A stretch of DNA of 64,000 nucleotides, from the NCBI RefSeq assembly GCF_009914755.1, contig NC_060926.1. One strand, 5' to 3'. This document shows, one piece after another, positions 40,990 through 53,979 of the stretch (within the stretch, counting starts at the first letter, position 1; each line of letters opens with the position of its first letter). A program made the position numbers and the translations under genes. The notes under the pieces were generated by a model. That model did no database searches. It was given only the letters and a program-made list of their open reading frames with translations, and was not told where the DNA came from. This DNA is from the human T2T-CHM13v2.0 reference genome, Homo sapiens.

Positions 40990-41673
40990 GAAGTCAACAG
41001 GGAGTGAAAGTTTTCATTAATTACCCAATAGTATTTACCTAACTCTTTGGAAATTCATTTAAGGACCGTAGGCTAATGGGGGAAAATAAGGAATTTGGCA
41101 GAATTTTTGCTGCTCTGGAAAGGAGAGTGGTGGTGGCTAGTAAAACTTTTCTAAAACTAAAATATCTATCTCATAGCACTTGAACTCAAGAAAGAAAAAT
41201 ACTGAATTGGTTGAATTTAGAATTTTTTTTCAAAAGAATTACTTATTGCAAATAAGCAAATGGTACTCCGTGAAAAATTTTAAGTCAAGTTCTCTTTTTC
41301 CTGTGATTCCAGAAAAATTATTTACTTTCTCTCCTTCCTTCATTTCCCCTTTCTTTTTTTTTTCCTCTCTTTTAAACATTTTAGCAGTAAGGCAGTGTAT
41401 TGCTAGTGTTGTTGAAGTTAAGTAAAAACTGAACACAGGATATTTCTATTTTTGTAAAGAGTAAAAAAAATATAAAAATGATAATAAATGCTTACAAAAA
41501 TAGTTTTCTTTTCCTTGCTGAGTGCTATTATGTCTTTCTTCTTTGCTTTGACTTTTCTCATGCCCATCCCATCCTCACCCTTGCAAGCAAATATAATTCT
41601 TATATGTTCTTTTGGCAAAATACCTACTCAAAGAAGAAAATTCCTACTTTTTGTGGATGCTTTTAATAGGTAC

Positions 41674-42036
41674 TGATATGGTTTGGCTGTGTCCCCACAC
41701 AAATCTCATCATTATAGGAACTACAGTTCCTATAATCCCCAGGTGTGGGAGGGACCAGGTGGAGATAATTCAAGCATGGGGGCAGTTTCCCCCATCCTGT
41801 TCTTGTGATAGTGAGTTAGTTCTCATGAGATCCTATGGTTTTATAAGGGGCTTCCCCCTTCACTGGGCACTCATTCTCTCTCCTGCTATCCTGTGAAGAG
41901 GTGCCATCTGCCATGATTGTAAGTTTCCCGAGGCCTCCCTAGCCATGAGGAACTGTGAGTCAATTAAACCTCTTTCCTTTATAAATTACCCAGTCTTGGG
42001 TATTTCTTCATAGCAACTTGAGAACAAACTAATTCA
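41674..42036 (+). mobile_element. THE1C/D solo LTR (ERVL-MaLR)
   Basis: tgatatggtttggctgtgtcccc...ccatgattgtaagtttcccgaggcctcc...aattaaacctctttcctttataaattacccagtct. Confidence 0.95.
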
Positions 42037-42954
42037 GGTGGTTAGATTTGACATCACAGTTTCCAAAGTCTAAAAGGGTATAGTAACTTGGATGAAAAAC
42101 ATATTTACAGGATTCAGAAAAAATATAATATGCAGAAGCTAAAGGGCTGGATTTTCTTGGTTGGGAAAATATATTTTATGCAATTCCCGAGTTGAAGTAA
42201 AGACAAATGAATGTCCCCATGATGTAATCACTGAGTTGAAAAACCAGGTGATCTTAGCCTTCAAATTCCCTTTTAGCACAGTAAGTTTTAATTTTTTTTT
42301 AATATCTTGGTTAGTAGATGGGTCAATATTTAAATGGTCATTCATCATTTACCATATAAAAGAAAAGCTATGACCTGAAACTGATTTTTACAGTTGCAGA
42401 CAAACAGAAATAATCATTTTCGAGACCCTAAAGCTGTTACTTGAAGAATGTCATCATTTTATCCTTATTTTACTTATTATTTACTTATATATAAGCCAGT
42501 TTTTGAGAGCTGCACCCTGCAAGTCCTGGCTGTAAACAGTTTCTTCCAATTCTCTACTACAGCAAGTGAGGAGAAGAAATAGGACTTTCTCGAAATCAAA
42601 GTTATATTTCTGACAGACTCAAAGAATGAGGCCAAACTCACAAAGCCAGCCATAGCAGTCCTGGTTCCCATGATGGGCCAAGCTCCTGTATTCATGATAG
42701 GTAGTTGGGTGACTACTAAAGTGTCTGAGAGTAAGTGCAACACTTATTCTTAGGATAGTCCTTGTTCTTTCAGACATTCCAAGAATTATTCCAAATATGT
42801 AGACTTAACTTTTGTAAACATTTGCTACCTTTTTTATTAAATGACATTTGTTGGAATGAAGAAAAAGGTAATAATACACTAGTTGGGCAGTGGTCTTCAT
42901 GAAAATTGATGAGTGACTTGACAAGACATAAAAAATTATTAGAAGAGACATCCT

Positions 42955-43197
42955 AGTGATTGAGAAAGAGTGGAAAAGCTCTAGAGTCACCTAGAACTGG
43001 TTTAAGTCTTCCCTCTGCTAAGTAACAGTGTGGATGCAAGCAATGTTTCAAACTTTTTCTGGCCATATTCTTCTTATGGTCAGAAACACACACACAAAAT
43101 AACATTTGTGTCAGAACAGATGTGAGCATAAAATAAAAACATATATAAGATGCCCACTAAATTGGCTATGTAATAGGAGTGCAATAAATGTTAATTC
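42955..43197 (+). mobile_element. MIR
   Basis: gctctagagtcacctagaactggtttaagtc...gtgcaataaatgttaatt. Confidence 0.65.
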
Positions 43198-43389
43198 ACT
43201 CCTGGTTAATCACTCCCAGACCCAGTAATTCTCTTTGACTGTGTCAGAGCAACCTCCCCTACTATGGATATCCTTGGAATGTAATTCCAGGCCAAATGTA
43301 ATTCAGTCGTATACTAAACCAGGTGGAATACGTATAACAGGCATCATTTTAGATCCATACCCCCTTCTCTTCTTCCCTCCTATAAGAAC

Positions 43390-43580
43390 AACTGTTGGGT
43401 TGCCAACTATGTATCAGGTACCGTGCCAAATCCTTATATATTTTATTTCCTTTAGTTATTATAACTGCAATGAGGTAGTAGATATTATTCTAAGTTACCA
43501 CAGAGGGGACTAAAATTCTGAGAAATTACGTAGCTCAAAGTTAATCAGCTACTAGTTGACAATTCTGTAGCCACATCTTT
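43390..43580 (-). mobile_element. MIR
   Basis: actatgtatcaggtaccgtgccaaat...tgaggtagtagatattattc...ctcaaagttaatcagctactagt. Confidence 0.7.
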
Positions 43581-44517
43581 TCCCCCTCCCTCAGTTTACC
43601 TCCAAGTTCTGTGATGTCAGAGAGGTTTCTGAGATACGTAAATTGGCCTGAGTACTCACCATGACAAATGACTCAACACATGAGCAAAAATAAGAGCTTT
43701 GTGATTGTTCTGAAACCACTGGATAATGGCAACACACGCAATTTTTAGTTGCTCTGCGCTTGCTGGTTGATGGCACTGCACTGGGTTCCAGGGCTGCCAT
43801 GACATAATATGCCAGGAAACAGGAGAACTGCCATCACTTATCAAATAGTGCATAGGGAGATGGTGGGAGAAACAAAACTACAACCAGGAACAAGGGCTAA
43901 ACTGAAAGACACAGATACTGTAAGGCCAAGAATGTGGATGTGGTTTTTAGTAATTTCCTTCCCCTGCTGTGCGTCTGTATTTATGTTCACTTTTCCACCA
44001 CCTCTTTTGGGTTTCCAGGAAATATGACTGGGAAGATATGGATGCCAAAAGCACATCGTTTATTAAAGCTTCTGTCCAGAACCCTAATATGGTCCTGGTC
44101 TCTAACCAGCAGAGGCAGACAGTGTAGAAACCACCAGGAGCCCTCAAGTTCCTTTTCTTTGAAGTCTAGAACTGAGTTAGGCTTAAACAGCCATCTCTTT
44201 TCCCACGGTCTTCCTGTACCTCATAAAATCCTCCAAATCCATAGCATAGCTCTGATCCAAGGAGAGAGGAAAGGACATAGTTGGATTTAAAGATTTTTTT
44301 AAGGCTTTTACGTTCCCCTCCAAATGCTGAAGTTTTAAGCTCCTGTAATTTCCTTGTAAATTGTTAACAGACCCTTCCTCATGGTACAGTAGGCATTTAA
44401 TGGCCAATGGAAGACCATTTGATCACAAAATACAGACAAAAAATAGTTGCACTTTTAAAATCAATTGCTTTGGAAAATAGAGAATGAGAAAAAAGTTACA
44501 ATGAAATAATTGGTAAC

Positions 44518-44888
44518 TGTATTAGTCTGTTCTCATGCTGCTGATAAAGACATGCCTGAGACTGGATAATTCATGAAGAAAAAGAGGTTTAATGGACTCA
44601 CAATTCCACATGGCTGGGAAGGCCTCACAATCATGGCAGAAGGCAAGGAGGAGAAAAGTCACAACTTACATGGCAGCAGGCAAGAAAGAATGAGAGCCAA
44701 GCGAAAGGGGAAACCCATTATAAAACCATCAGATCTCATGAGACTTATTCAATACCATGAGCACAGTATGGGAGAAATTGACCCCATGATTCAATTATCT
44801 TCTACCAGGTCCCTCCCACAACACATAGGAATTATGGGAACTACAATTCAAGATGAGATTTCTGTAGGGACACAGCCAAACCATATCA
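44518..44888 (-). mobile_element. THE1B/C solo LTR (ERVL-MaLR)
   Basis: tgtattagtctgttctcatgctgctgataaagac...acacagccaaaccatatca; perfect 5-bp TSD gtaac. Confidence 0.97.
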
Positions 44889-44918
44889 GTAACTTATAAA
44901 AGCAACTTTGTATTTTAT

Positions 44919-45141
44919 GTTTTTTGCTTTTTTGTTTGTTTTTGAGACAAGGTCTCTCTCTGTTACCCAGGCTGGAGGGCAGTGATGTGATCTCAGCTCA
45001 CTGCAGCCTCGACCTCCCAGGCTCAAGTGATCCTCCCACCTCAGCCACCTGAGTAGCTGGGACTATGGGTGCATGCCACCACACCTGGCTAGTCTGTATA
45101 TTTTTTTGTAGAGATGAGGTTTCACCATGTTGCCCAGGCTG
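44919..45141 (-). mobile_element. 5'-truncated AluJb
   Basis: Right arm plus the end of the left arm, stopping at gttgcccaggctg. Confidence 0.9.
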
Positions 45142-45319
45142 AACTTTTTAATTATCAGAAGAACATCTGTGTACACTTGAAAAATAGATAGTGATACATC
45201 TTCTCAGGGTACTTATTTATTCAACCTCCAGGGAATTTTTGGTGTGTTTAATGGGATTTATGGGCCCCTTGAAGTCATTTTGTAGCATTCCCACAAAAGA
45301 AAGCCCCAGCTACAGATTG

Positions 45320-45870
45320 AATCCCTAATCTTGGTAATGGGAAGCTACTAAGGATTTTAATGACATATACAAGGTGATGTCTCAGGGAGACTGACTGACA
45401 AATCATTGGAGACATAAGGGATTAACTGTAAGGAGATTGATGATTACTGTATCCAAAGTATAAGATTTTGAGGTCCAAACCTAGGTAGTGGCAGTAGAAA
45501 CAAATATTAGTTGATAGATATAAAGAATATTTAAAGTTTAGAAACTTTTTTTAACCTGGATATTAGAAGAAAATGAGAGATTCCAGAATCTTAAGTCCTA
45601 GTGGTTGGGAGATTGACGGTCAAACACAGTTGGCTTTGGGAAAAAGATAAATTCAATCTTAGCTATCTTGAAATAATGGTGATATACTCACCAGTGTGTG
45701 TGTGCAGGGGAGGGAAATGTTAAATAGGCAATTAGAAATATGTGAATGAAGTTCAAAAGATCGTGACTATGACTAGAGGTTATGAAATCATTTCTGTAGA
45801 AGTGATTGAAACAACAAGAAATCAAGAATGTACTCTCCAAGATAAAGATTGAAGAGCTGCCACAGTTGAA
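45320..45870 (-). mobile_element. L2 fragment
   Basis: ggtaatgggaagctactaaggattttaa...ggtagtggcagtagaaa...gataaattcaatcttagctatcttgaa. Confidence 0.6.
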
Positions 45871-45891
45871 GAAGGATCTAGAGTCAACCAG

Positions 45892-46110
45892 AATTAGCCA
45901 ACATTTTCTGTAAAAAGCCAGAGAATAAACATTTCAGGCTTTGTGTTCTAAAGGTCACTGCTGCAACTAATTAACCACGCCATTGTATCCCAAAAGCAGC
46001 TGTAGACAATATTTAAATGAATTGGCATGGCTGTGTTCCAAGAAAAATCTATTTACAATAATAGGTGATGAGCTGGATTTGGCCTGGAGGCTTTAGTTTG
46101 TTGACTTCTA
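45892..46110 (+). mobile_element. MER58A hAT-Charlie DNA transposon
   Basis: ttttctgtaaaaagccagagaataaacatttcaggctttg...aaagcagctgtagacaat...ctggatttggcctggaggctttagtttgttgac. Confidence 0.85.
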
Positions 46111-46114
46111 GTCT

Positions 46115-46237
46115 AGAAACTTAAGCTCCATAAGGGCAAGGATCATGTGTGCCTGATTCTCTGCTGTACCCCCAGCACCTAGAACAACACCTGGTTTGCA
46201 GTAGGGTCTCAATAGACATTTGCTGAATTGATGAATA
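46115..46237 (+). mobile_element. L2a 3' end
   Basis: aagctccataagggcaaggatc...cccagcacctagaacaacacctgg...ctcaatagacatttgctgaattgatgaat. Confidence 0.85.
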
Positions 46238-48109
46238 CTGTGGTGGAATGACTATGTCCATATTTAGCTTTGTTGGAGCAACAAAGAAAACCAAGAGCAT
46301 AGTAAGAGTTATGAAGATAATTAAGATCCTATGACATAGATGAAATTAAGAAAAAAGTGTATCAACACAAAAAGGTCTAGCAACAATGATGACTTAAAGA
46401 GATGTTGAGGAATGAAGAGTTATAAAAAGTCACTTTTTTGACAATTAGTTGTAAGTCAGATATTTAGGTATAAAAGACCAGAATAAGAGACCACAGGAAT
46501 GTTATCAAAGACAGATATATATACACAAAATAGCCTGGGGGTTGGGGTGAAAGTTGTTTTGTGGAGTCTGCATGATTTAATAGTTACTTCCCTTAACATT
46601 TTTAAGTTTTTAATCAAAAAGATTTTTTTCAAGTATAATTCAAAATCTGTTAATTAGATTCTTATAAATCTAACATGAATTTTTAAACTGTTTGAGGGAG
46701 AATCACACTTGTTTTCAACATTATGTAAATAAAATAACCAGCCTGAGTAATTTTTTAAATAGTTGTGTTGATATTTGTCAAGTATTCTTTTAACTTTTTC
46801 TCCTAAATATATGAGCTTAACTTTTGTGAATTTCCAACTTCACTTTATGAAGTTGATATCAAGCATTGGATTTAAATATTTTCTTTTTATTATTGGTTTC
46901 CAACATTTACTTTTTCCTTCCAGATTATCTCACACAGAGCGTTGGAATTACTTCATGATGATTTCAAAGAAAATTTTCTTCTCTAAACACTCTTATCCCA
47001 AGGTAAATTGATGCATTTCTAATGAATAAATTCTGGGAGGAAAACATCAGCATTTTTATACTTCATTTCAGAGTATTTAATTCCCTCACCCTTAACTGTA
47101 GAACTGTAGCCACCTGTCATTCTAAGTTTATGCAGTCATTTATAACAATGGGAAACTATTATTTTTTGTACAATGTTGACCACCTTTGTGTCATTTGATA
47201 CCTAGTGTGTTTAGTTTGTTATGCCTATGCAAGTGAGAGAAAAACACTACCATAAACATGTCTAATCATGTCATTGAAGCTTTTCTTGGAATAATTGGAG
47301 TGTGATGATGGAGCAGGGAGAAAGGAGGGGATGGAAATTGAGGAAAAGGGTCTCAGCCTGAATTTTCCAAATTGGCTATTTATCTGGTTAATTCTTCATC
47401 TTTCCTCATCACCATGTCTGAATTGAGAAAATCTTCCTAATGATAATAAACTATGTCAAGAACAGATGGCTGATTTGATGTGATGAAAATAGCTATGTCA
47501 ATTGAGGGTATTTTTTTCCTCACCCGTTTTGCTTTTCATCACTCTGGGGTTGGTGGTTCATATATTTTTTTTCTTTTACAGAATATGCCCTCAGCCCAAT
47601 ATAATGTGGTGAATCTTTCCCCAAAAGCAGTTTGGGCCTTTATCTCTGAAAGAAAGAATGAAGAAGTGGCTTAAAAAAAAAGTGATTATCACCTTTCCTG
47701 CCTTTTCAGCTTTAGTTAAGTTACTTTTGGAAGGATCAGTTTACAACAAATGTTTAGTGTCAGGAATTTTACAGTTTCATAGGCCCTGACAGCTTGGCAT
47801 GAAAAGAGGTGGCATTATGTCAATTTTAAATGAGTATGCCATTTACATACTAATTAAACTTTGCACTAGTGGGGTGAAAGAATGTCATTTTGAGCACCCC
47901 AATTATTCTGTTTATATCATTGTTGTCTATTTAAACCATCTATTGTTTGGCATGTCACAGCCTCATCCCCTAAATGCCATTTTATGACCTCATACTACTT
48001 AAAAAATATTACCCCACTGCTTGACAAATCACACAGAATCAGTGTATCTAAAAGCAAAGGGGATTCCTTGGATCACCTTGCATCATTATCACACCTAGTT
48101 CGATGGTGA

Positions 48110-48260
48110 TGATAGTAACAATTAGCTTTTATTAATTACTCCTAAATGTCAGGCATTTCACTAAACTATTTTTAATATCTTAATTCACTTAATTTAAAAA
48201 ATAAGTTGGGAATGCCTATTACAACCTTTTTGCACATGGAGAAATTGGGGTTGCACAGTG
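48110..48260 (-). mobile_element. MIR fragment
   Basis: aacaattagctttt...gtcaggcatttcactaa...ttttgcacatggagaaattggggttgcac. Confidence 0.6.
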
Positions 48261-49672
48261 TGTGGGTGAGCTCTTATTCACTATACTCTGTTGCCTTCTG
48301 CTTTACTGTGTCCATTGATCCACAGAAGGTCCCACTGTGGTCAGATGTGGATAGGGTTACCAAAAATATACCAAGCATAGGAATTTTACTCACTATCTCA
48401 ACCCATTTACTTCAGGGAGAAAGTGATAAACATGAAAGAGCAGTTGCATATTACATGATATACTATTCATTGGTTATGTGATTAATGTATCACTAATACA
48501 GGCTCATATAACATACATATTTCCCATCACTTTTCAGTTGCATCTTATTAGTTGCAGTCTTCCCTGGTCTGTTGATGATGTTTTTACATAGAATTCCATG
48601 TGTTCTCTGTGAACTTGATTCAGGAATACTGATAGTGTCTGTTAGCTTATAAAATGAAAAGTGATTAATACTTTTTTGGGCTATTTTATCCTCTTGATTC
48701 ACATCCACAAATTCGGTTTATTGGATTTGGTTAAGGACATTTTTTCTCACTGTATAAGGAGCAGAATCAACATTAATATCACACCTGTGTGGGAGTTGGC
48801 CTAACAAGATTGGCAGTGACAGGAGTAAGATCAGAACTTTTCCTGGCTGGGCGTGGTGGGAGGAACCCACCATCCTTCTGGGTATTTATACACCAGTGCT
48901 GAGAGCCTGGAGTTGGCATTTCTTGGCATTGTCAACAGAGTGCTGGTCTGCACTTCTTTCTTTTTTAAAAAAATGACAGAAACAGAAAGCCTAGATAGTT
49001 GACATTGAAATAACTTGCCAAGAGAGGGTTGAACATATGATCCCTTTATAGCTTTTTCCTCACTATTTTCTGCAGTCTTCAAGGTTGAAATACTTCCATG
49101 ATAGAGTCAAAATCCAGGGGAAGAAAAGGAAGAAAATATACTTTAGCTCTCCATAATTCCAACCACCATATCGCATTTCATGAAATGTGACATAGTTTTG
49201 CTCCACAAGCTTGCCAAGGGGAAAAATATATATCTAAATTTTAAGCTGATAACTCGAATGGTTCCAGAGATATCAACTTGTGAAAAGTCACAATTTTGCA
49301 TTGTGCTGAAAAGCCACCTTACAATACAGGGACTACCATCACTCTTTAATATCCAGCAGAGTCCCCCGCTGTGCTTTGTCAGTCAGTAGCAACATCCAAG
49401 TCTTCCCGTAAAAGTAATTCACACTTTTTTCACAACACTGTTGCTTTAATTACCACTGAACTCTGCTGATGCTCAGGCAGGCCTGGCAGGACCAAGGGAG
49501 GGTCAGAGCCACAAAAGAAGCAAATAGCTTTTTTCCCTCCTTACTTTATTATTAACAAACCATCTTTGATGGAAATGTTCCTAGTTCTGAGGCCTAGACT
49601 TAACTCTGGGCCCCCTTGGCGTATTCATTATCAAAAGAGACTCACAGATGCCATTCTGAGAGAGAAACACAA

Positions 49673-49722
49673 ACACACACACACACACACACACACACGG
49701 GGCGGAGAGAGAGAGAGAGAGA
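49673..49722. repeat. (CA)13-GGGGCG-(GA)9 compound microsatellite
   Basis: Read directly. Confidence 0.93.
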
Positions 49723-50537
49723 AATAGTACCTACAATCCTAATTAGAAATTAGAAATTTTGGCAAAGAACAAATATAGCAATTCAAAACTGATAAACAAT
49801 GATTCTGCTTCTTATACAGCTTTTCTTTTCTGCAAATGAACTTACATTTCATACTGTATAGTTCTGCTGGATGAACGTCAATTTATCTGTTTATTTATTG
49901 TGGATTTTTCTTCAGGATTAGTTGACACAATAAATTATATATCAAAGGAACCACAGAACTGACAAAATCTACCAGTGCATAAAAGTGATACGAAAAGCCT
50001 ATGGTTTATAAATAATATGACAGCAATATTATAGGTATAACATCTTGTGTGCATAAGGCACCTTTCATTCCATATCACAAAATGTTTCTTCACTGAAACT
50101 ATTCCTGTGAAATGAACTTCTGAAGTCTCCTTCACGCAAAATAGGAAGGGGCCCATCAGGAACTTCATATACACTTTTGGGGAAGAATTAAATAATGTTG
50201 TGAACTTAGGGAAAGAAACTGAAGGACTGCTAAGCTTTCTCCTGACTCTAAATTCCATGTTTTAAAAAATTATAATTTAAAGTTACACTGTAGGCTTGTC
50301 TATGTATCATCAAGTACTTAATGCTGCTATTATTTATTATTTACTGACTTATAATCTGACTTACCACAAATGTGCAGCATTTAGCTGGAAAGTGTGGTGC
50401 TGTGATAAGTTAATTAATATAAGTGAAATAATCATCGGATTCTATTGCAGACCATTTGATTCTTATAAGTCCCCTATGATTTGGTCCTAATCTTTCTTAC
50501 AGACATCTTTATTTCCATCTGCATATATCCTATACCT

Positions 50538-50680
50538 CAGTGGTTTCAAAATCTGATTGATTATCAAAATGTCCTGGGGGAGAGGAATTTAATAACTTAA
50601 AATACTCTAGAAGTAGGGTGTAGAATGTGTAGTTCTAAAGGGGCCTTGGAGTTTTAGATAATGTACTAGGTTTGGTCAAT
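50538..50680. mobile_element. MER5A-like hAT-Charlie element
   Basis: cagtggtttcaaaatctgattgattatcaaaatgtcctggggag... Confidence 0.55.
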
Positions 50681-50699
50681 TTCTTGAATCAAACTTTTT

Positions 50700-51030
50700 C
50701 CTTACTTTTGGTGCTTGTCTCTCAGCATCTTCTGTGGAAATCTTACTAAACTTCCCAGTCTTAGTTCTAATACTCCACACCCCAGGCAGCATTTACTGTT
50801 TCTTCAGCCAGTAGTAGCCTCTGCCTTCTCAAAACCCTGATAGTACTAAATACCTTCCCTAAGACTTAAACCTTCTATGCCAAGTTGCCATTTTCTATAT
50901 TTTCTTTCTCTTTTCTCATATATTTATCTATAAATATAAGCTCCTTCAGGGTACAAGTTAAAACATTCTATCTTGAAACCACATTGTGTAAAAAAGATGC
51001 ACTTATGCATCTGTGTAATGAATGCATGGA
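50700..51030 (+). mobile_element. L2 3' portion
   Basis: aatataagctccttcagggtacaag...tgtgtaatgaatgcatgga. Confidence 0.55.
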
Positions 51031-51149
51031 TTTCATTTTCTATGGCATGTAAGACTGCACATGAAGTGGAAATGACTAACTCATGTTCATATCTTCATTT
51101 GTGTGACATAGACACAGTGCAGCAGACTGAATTTTCCAAAGATTGCTGC

Positions 51150-51613
51150 GCTGGTATATATTCTATCCCACGTTCTTAAAATGTTGGCACAAGTGTTGAG
51201 AATCCTCCATTAAGAGTGGTGTTTATATTCTTTCACCGTAAACCCAGGCAGATTTTTTATAACTGCCTCAACCAAAGATAATGTGGTGGAAGTGCCCCTC
51301 AGTGACTTCTGGTGGTAGATTACAAAACTGGTAACACAGCTTCCTCCTAGATTTCTCCCTTGGGAGTCAGTACTGATGGGTAACAAGTCTGGCTACCTTG
51401 GAGCCTCCTCGCTGGAGAGACCACACAAAGTGATAAGGGAGCTCCAGTGCTTCTAGTACCCAGCAATTTGGTTAAGACCTCAAACGTCATGGAGCAGAGA
51501 GAAGCCATCCCAACTCTGCCGTAATGTTAAGGCACAGGATCTATGAACATGACAGGTGACCATTTTATGCCACTACATTTTGCGTTAGTTACTCAGAAGT
51601 AGTAATCGGTACA
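51150..51613 (+). mobile_element. MLT1G-like MaLR LTR
   Basis: actgcctcaaccaa...aagtctggctaccttggagcc...gctggagagaccaca...catggagcagagagaagccatccc...ttttatgccacta. Confidence 0.75.
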
Positions 51614-51741
51614 CCTAACTTTAGTCACTAGAGACCCCAAATAAGCAAGATAAACAATATTTCGGCTCTTATACAGCTTCTATTCTTTGCTAAAAATAAA
51701 TAAGATTGAAACCTTTCATCTTGTTAATTAAAACTGTTCTA

Positions 51742-52530
51742 TTTTTTAAATGGCTTTATTGAGGTGTAATTGACGTATAATAAACAACCCATATTTAAAG
51801 TATGCACTTTGATAAATTTTTACATATTTACGCACCTGTGAAACCATGACCACAGTGATGAAAATGAACGTATTCATTATCCACAGGGACTCTCCTGTCT
51901 CTTTGCAATCCTTCACTGCATGCATGCAGCCACTGTGCAGCTTCATGTCACTTTAGATTCATTTGCATTTTCTAGAATTTTATATGATGTGAAATCACAT
52001 GTATGTATTCATTTGTTTCTCTTAGAATGATTATTTTCAGATTCATTTATTTGTTGCAGATATCAGTAGTTATTCCTTTTTATTACTGAGCACTATTCCA
52101 TTGTATGGATATACCACATTTTATTTACCCATTTGAATTGTTTCCAATTTTTAGCTATTACAGATATAACTGTTGCTCTGAACATCATGTACAAATCTTT
52201 ATGTGGACATGCACTTTTATTTCTTGAGTAAATGCCTAGGAGAAGAATGGCTTCCTCTGTGCACTGTAGCCCAAAAATTCTCTCAAGGAAGTAAGGTGGG
52301 ACAATGTTAGGGCTTACCTGACTTGTTTACCACTTATAAGATACCACTCTCTTCTGTCACTTAATTGGACAATGGTCTGAAAACTGTAGGTCTCTGTGTG
52401 TGTGTGTATTGTGTGTATTCATATAATACACATGTATTTATGTATATGAATATATGAATATGAATATATACATTCATATATTCTCTCTTTACTTGTTCAG
52501 GTGGGAGGGTAAATATAGTCCCTATTACTC
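51742..52530 (-). mobile_element. L1MC/L1MD-like 3' end
   Basis: gctttattgaggtgtaattgacgtataataaac...tattccattgtatggatataccaca...aaatgcctaggagaagaatggct. Confidence 0.85.
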
Positions 52531-52659
52531 TACCTTGGTACTTTCTCATTTTTTAATTCCCTTTTAGGTTAAGGTCTTATTAAGAGGCAGAAGAATATTT
52601 GCCCCCTCCTTGTGTCTTCCAGAAATATGCTTTACAAATGCAAATGGGCATTATTGTCA

Positions 52660-52930
52660 TTAAGTAGAAGGCTTCTGAAGTCACAATATCACAATGCCTG
52701 GTTTTAACTCAGGATTCTGCTACTTATTAGCAGTAAAATGTTGGATAAGTTACTTAGCTTCGCCAAGCCTCAGTTTTCTCGTCTTCATAATGACATCGAT
52801 AACAGCAGCAACAGTAATAATAATACCCATTTCATAAGACTGGTAGAAGGTTAGAAGAGAACTCATGAAAAGTACCAAGCCAAGTGTCTGGAACATCATA
52901 AACTTTCAATAACATGCTATTGATTGTTAT
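52660..52930 (+). mobile_element. MIR
   Basis: ctgctacttattagcagt...ttggataagttacttagcttcgccaagcctcagttttctcgtct. Confidence 0.85.
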
Positions 52931-53979
52931 TGGTTTAATTTTAGGAGAAGCTATCTGCACAATAAGAAATCGTGTCCAACCCTTGGATTAAAAAAGCATG
53001 GCAAATAGCTTTAATACCATTGTATGAAACACTTAGTAATAAAGGTGATTCCTCACACACTCTGAATAAAGTCTCTGGGTTTCATTCCCTTTTCTAAATC
53101 CCATCACTAGAGAATTGACATTCTGCAACCTTTACACACAAAAGCTTCAAGAAATTCAGTCAAATCATGTCAGAGATCTGGGAAAAGAACTTAAAGTTCG
53201 GTCAACAGAAATGATCCTCTCAGAGAAACTTGTTCTATCCACTAGGGCTGAAGGAGCGTAGATGTGATGTGGAGCCTAATGCACTTTGTAGAGTGAGTTT
53301 GCAGAGGGAAGCTCTCTGTTTTGAACAGAGAGAGTTTTCTGATGGAGTGAGCTCTATAGCTAGGTGAGTAGACTGAGGCGGATAACTAGCTAGCTTCTAG
53401 GGTTCAATTTGCTGATGCATTCAACTTTTAATTAGGACAATATTGAATAGCTAGTTAAACTCTGTGTCTGTGTATGCACGTGTGTGTATGTATTTGTGCA
53501 GGCAATGGAGAAATCAGGTGAAGGGGGGTCTCAAAATTTTTCCTTTCCTTTATGGCAGTTTGAATCTATTTGGAGACGCTGGACTGAATGAGAGTTTTAA
53601 AAAAAGCTTTTAGCTGCTCAAAAATGTAAAAGATGAACATTAAAAATCCTAGCCCCTTTTTAGGGACTCTTATTAGCAACCTAACCATGCCTAACACAAG
53701 GCTTCCATGTGCCTCAATGTGAATGGGGCCACCTGAGGAGGCTGTGTAATGCTATGGGCCAAGTGGAGCACCAAGGAGGAGCTTTGGTGCCAAAACAGGA
53801 TCTATGGATTATAAAAAGGCATTTTTTTACGCTACTCTGTGCAGTACCATTTTACAGTTAGGCAAAAGCTGTCCTTGCCTTAAGCCCTGTGCTTTTCTGG
53901 GCCCATTTTTTTTTCTTTTCTTTTCTGGGCTTTTTCAGTCCTCCTTAAGGGGTAGGGTATCCAAAGAACCAACAGACTT

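Noticed and set aside
43471-43483. TGAGGTAGTAGAT, identical to the first 13 nt of let-7f
   Set aside because: The match stops there, it sits in the tgaggtagg-type segment of an antisense MIR, and there is no complementary star arm
41674-44888. Two THE1 LTRs as the ends of one provirus
   Set aside because: Opposite orientations, different sequences, the second has its own TSD, and MIRs rather than THE1-int lie between them
44573-44899. 108-aa ORF
   Set aside because: Almost entirely within the antisense strand of a THE1 LTR
53329-53363. + strand mini-exon ending TAG|gtgagt
   Set aside because: Only 35 nt with a short pyrimidine tract; too weak to call
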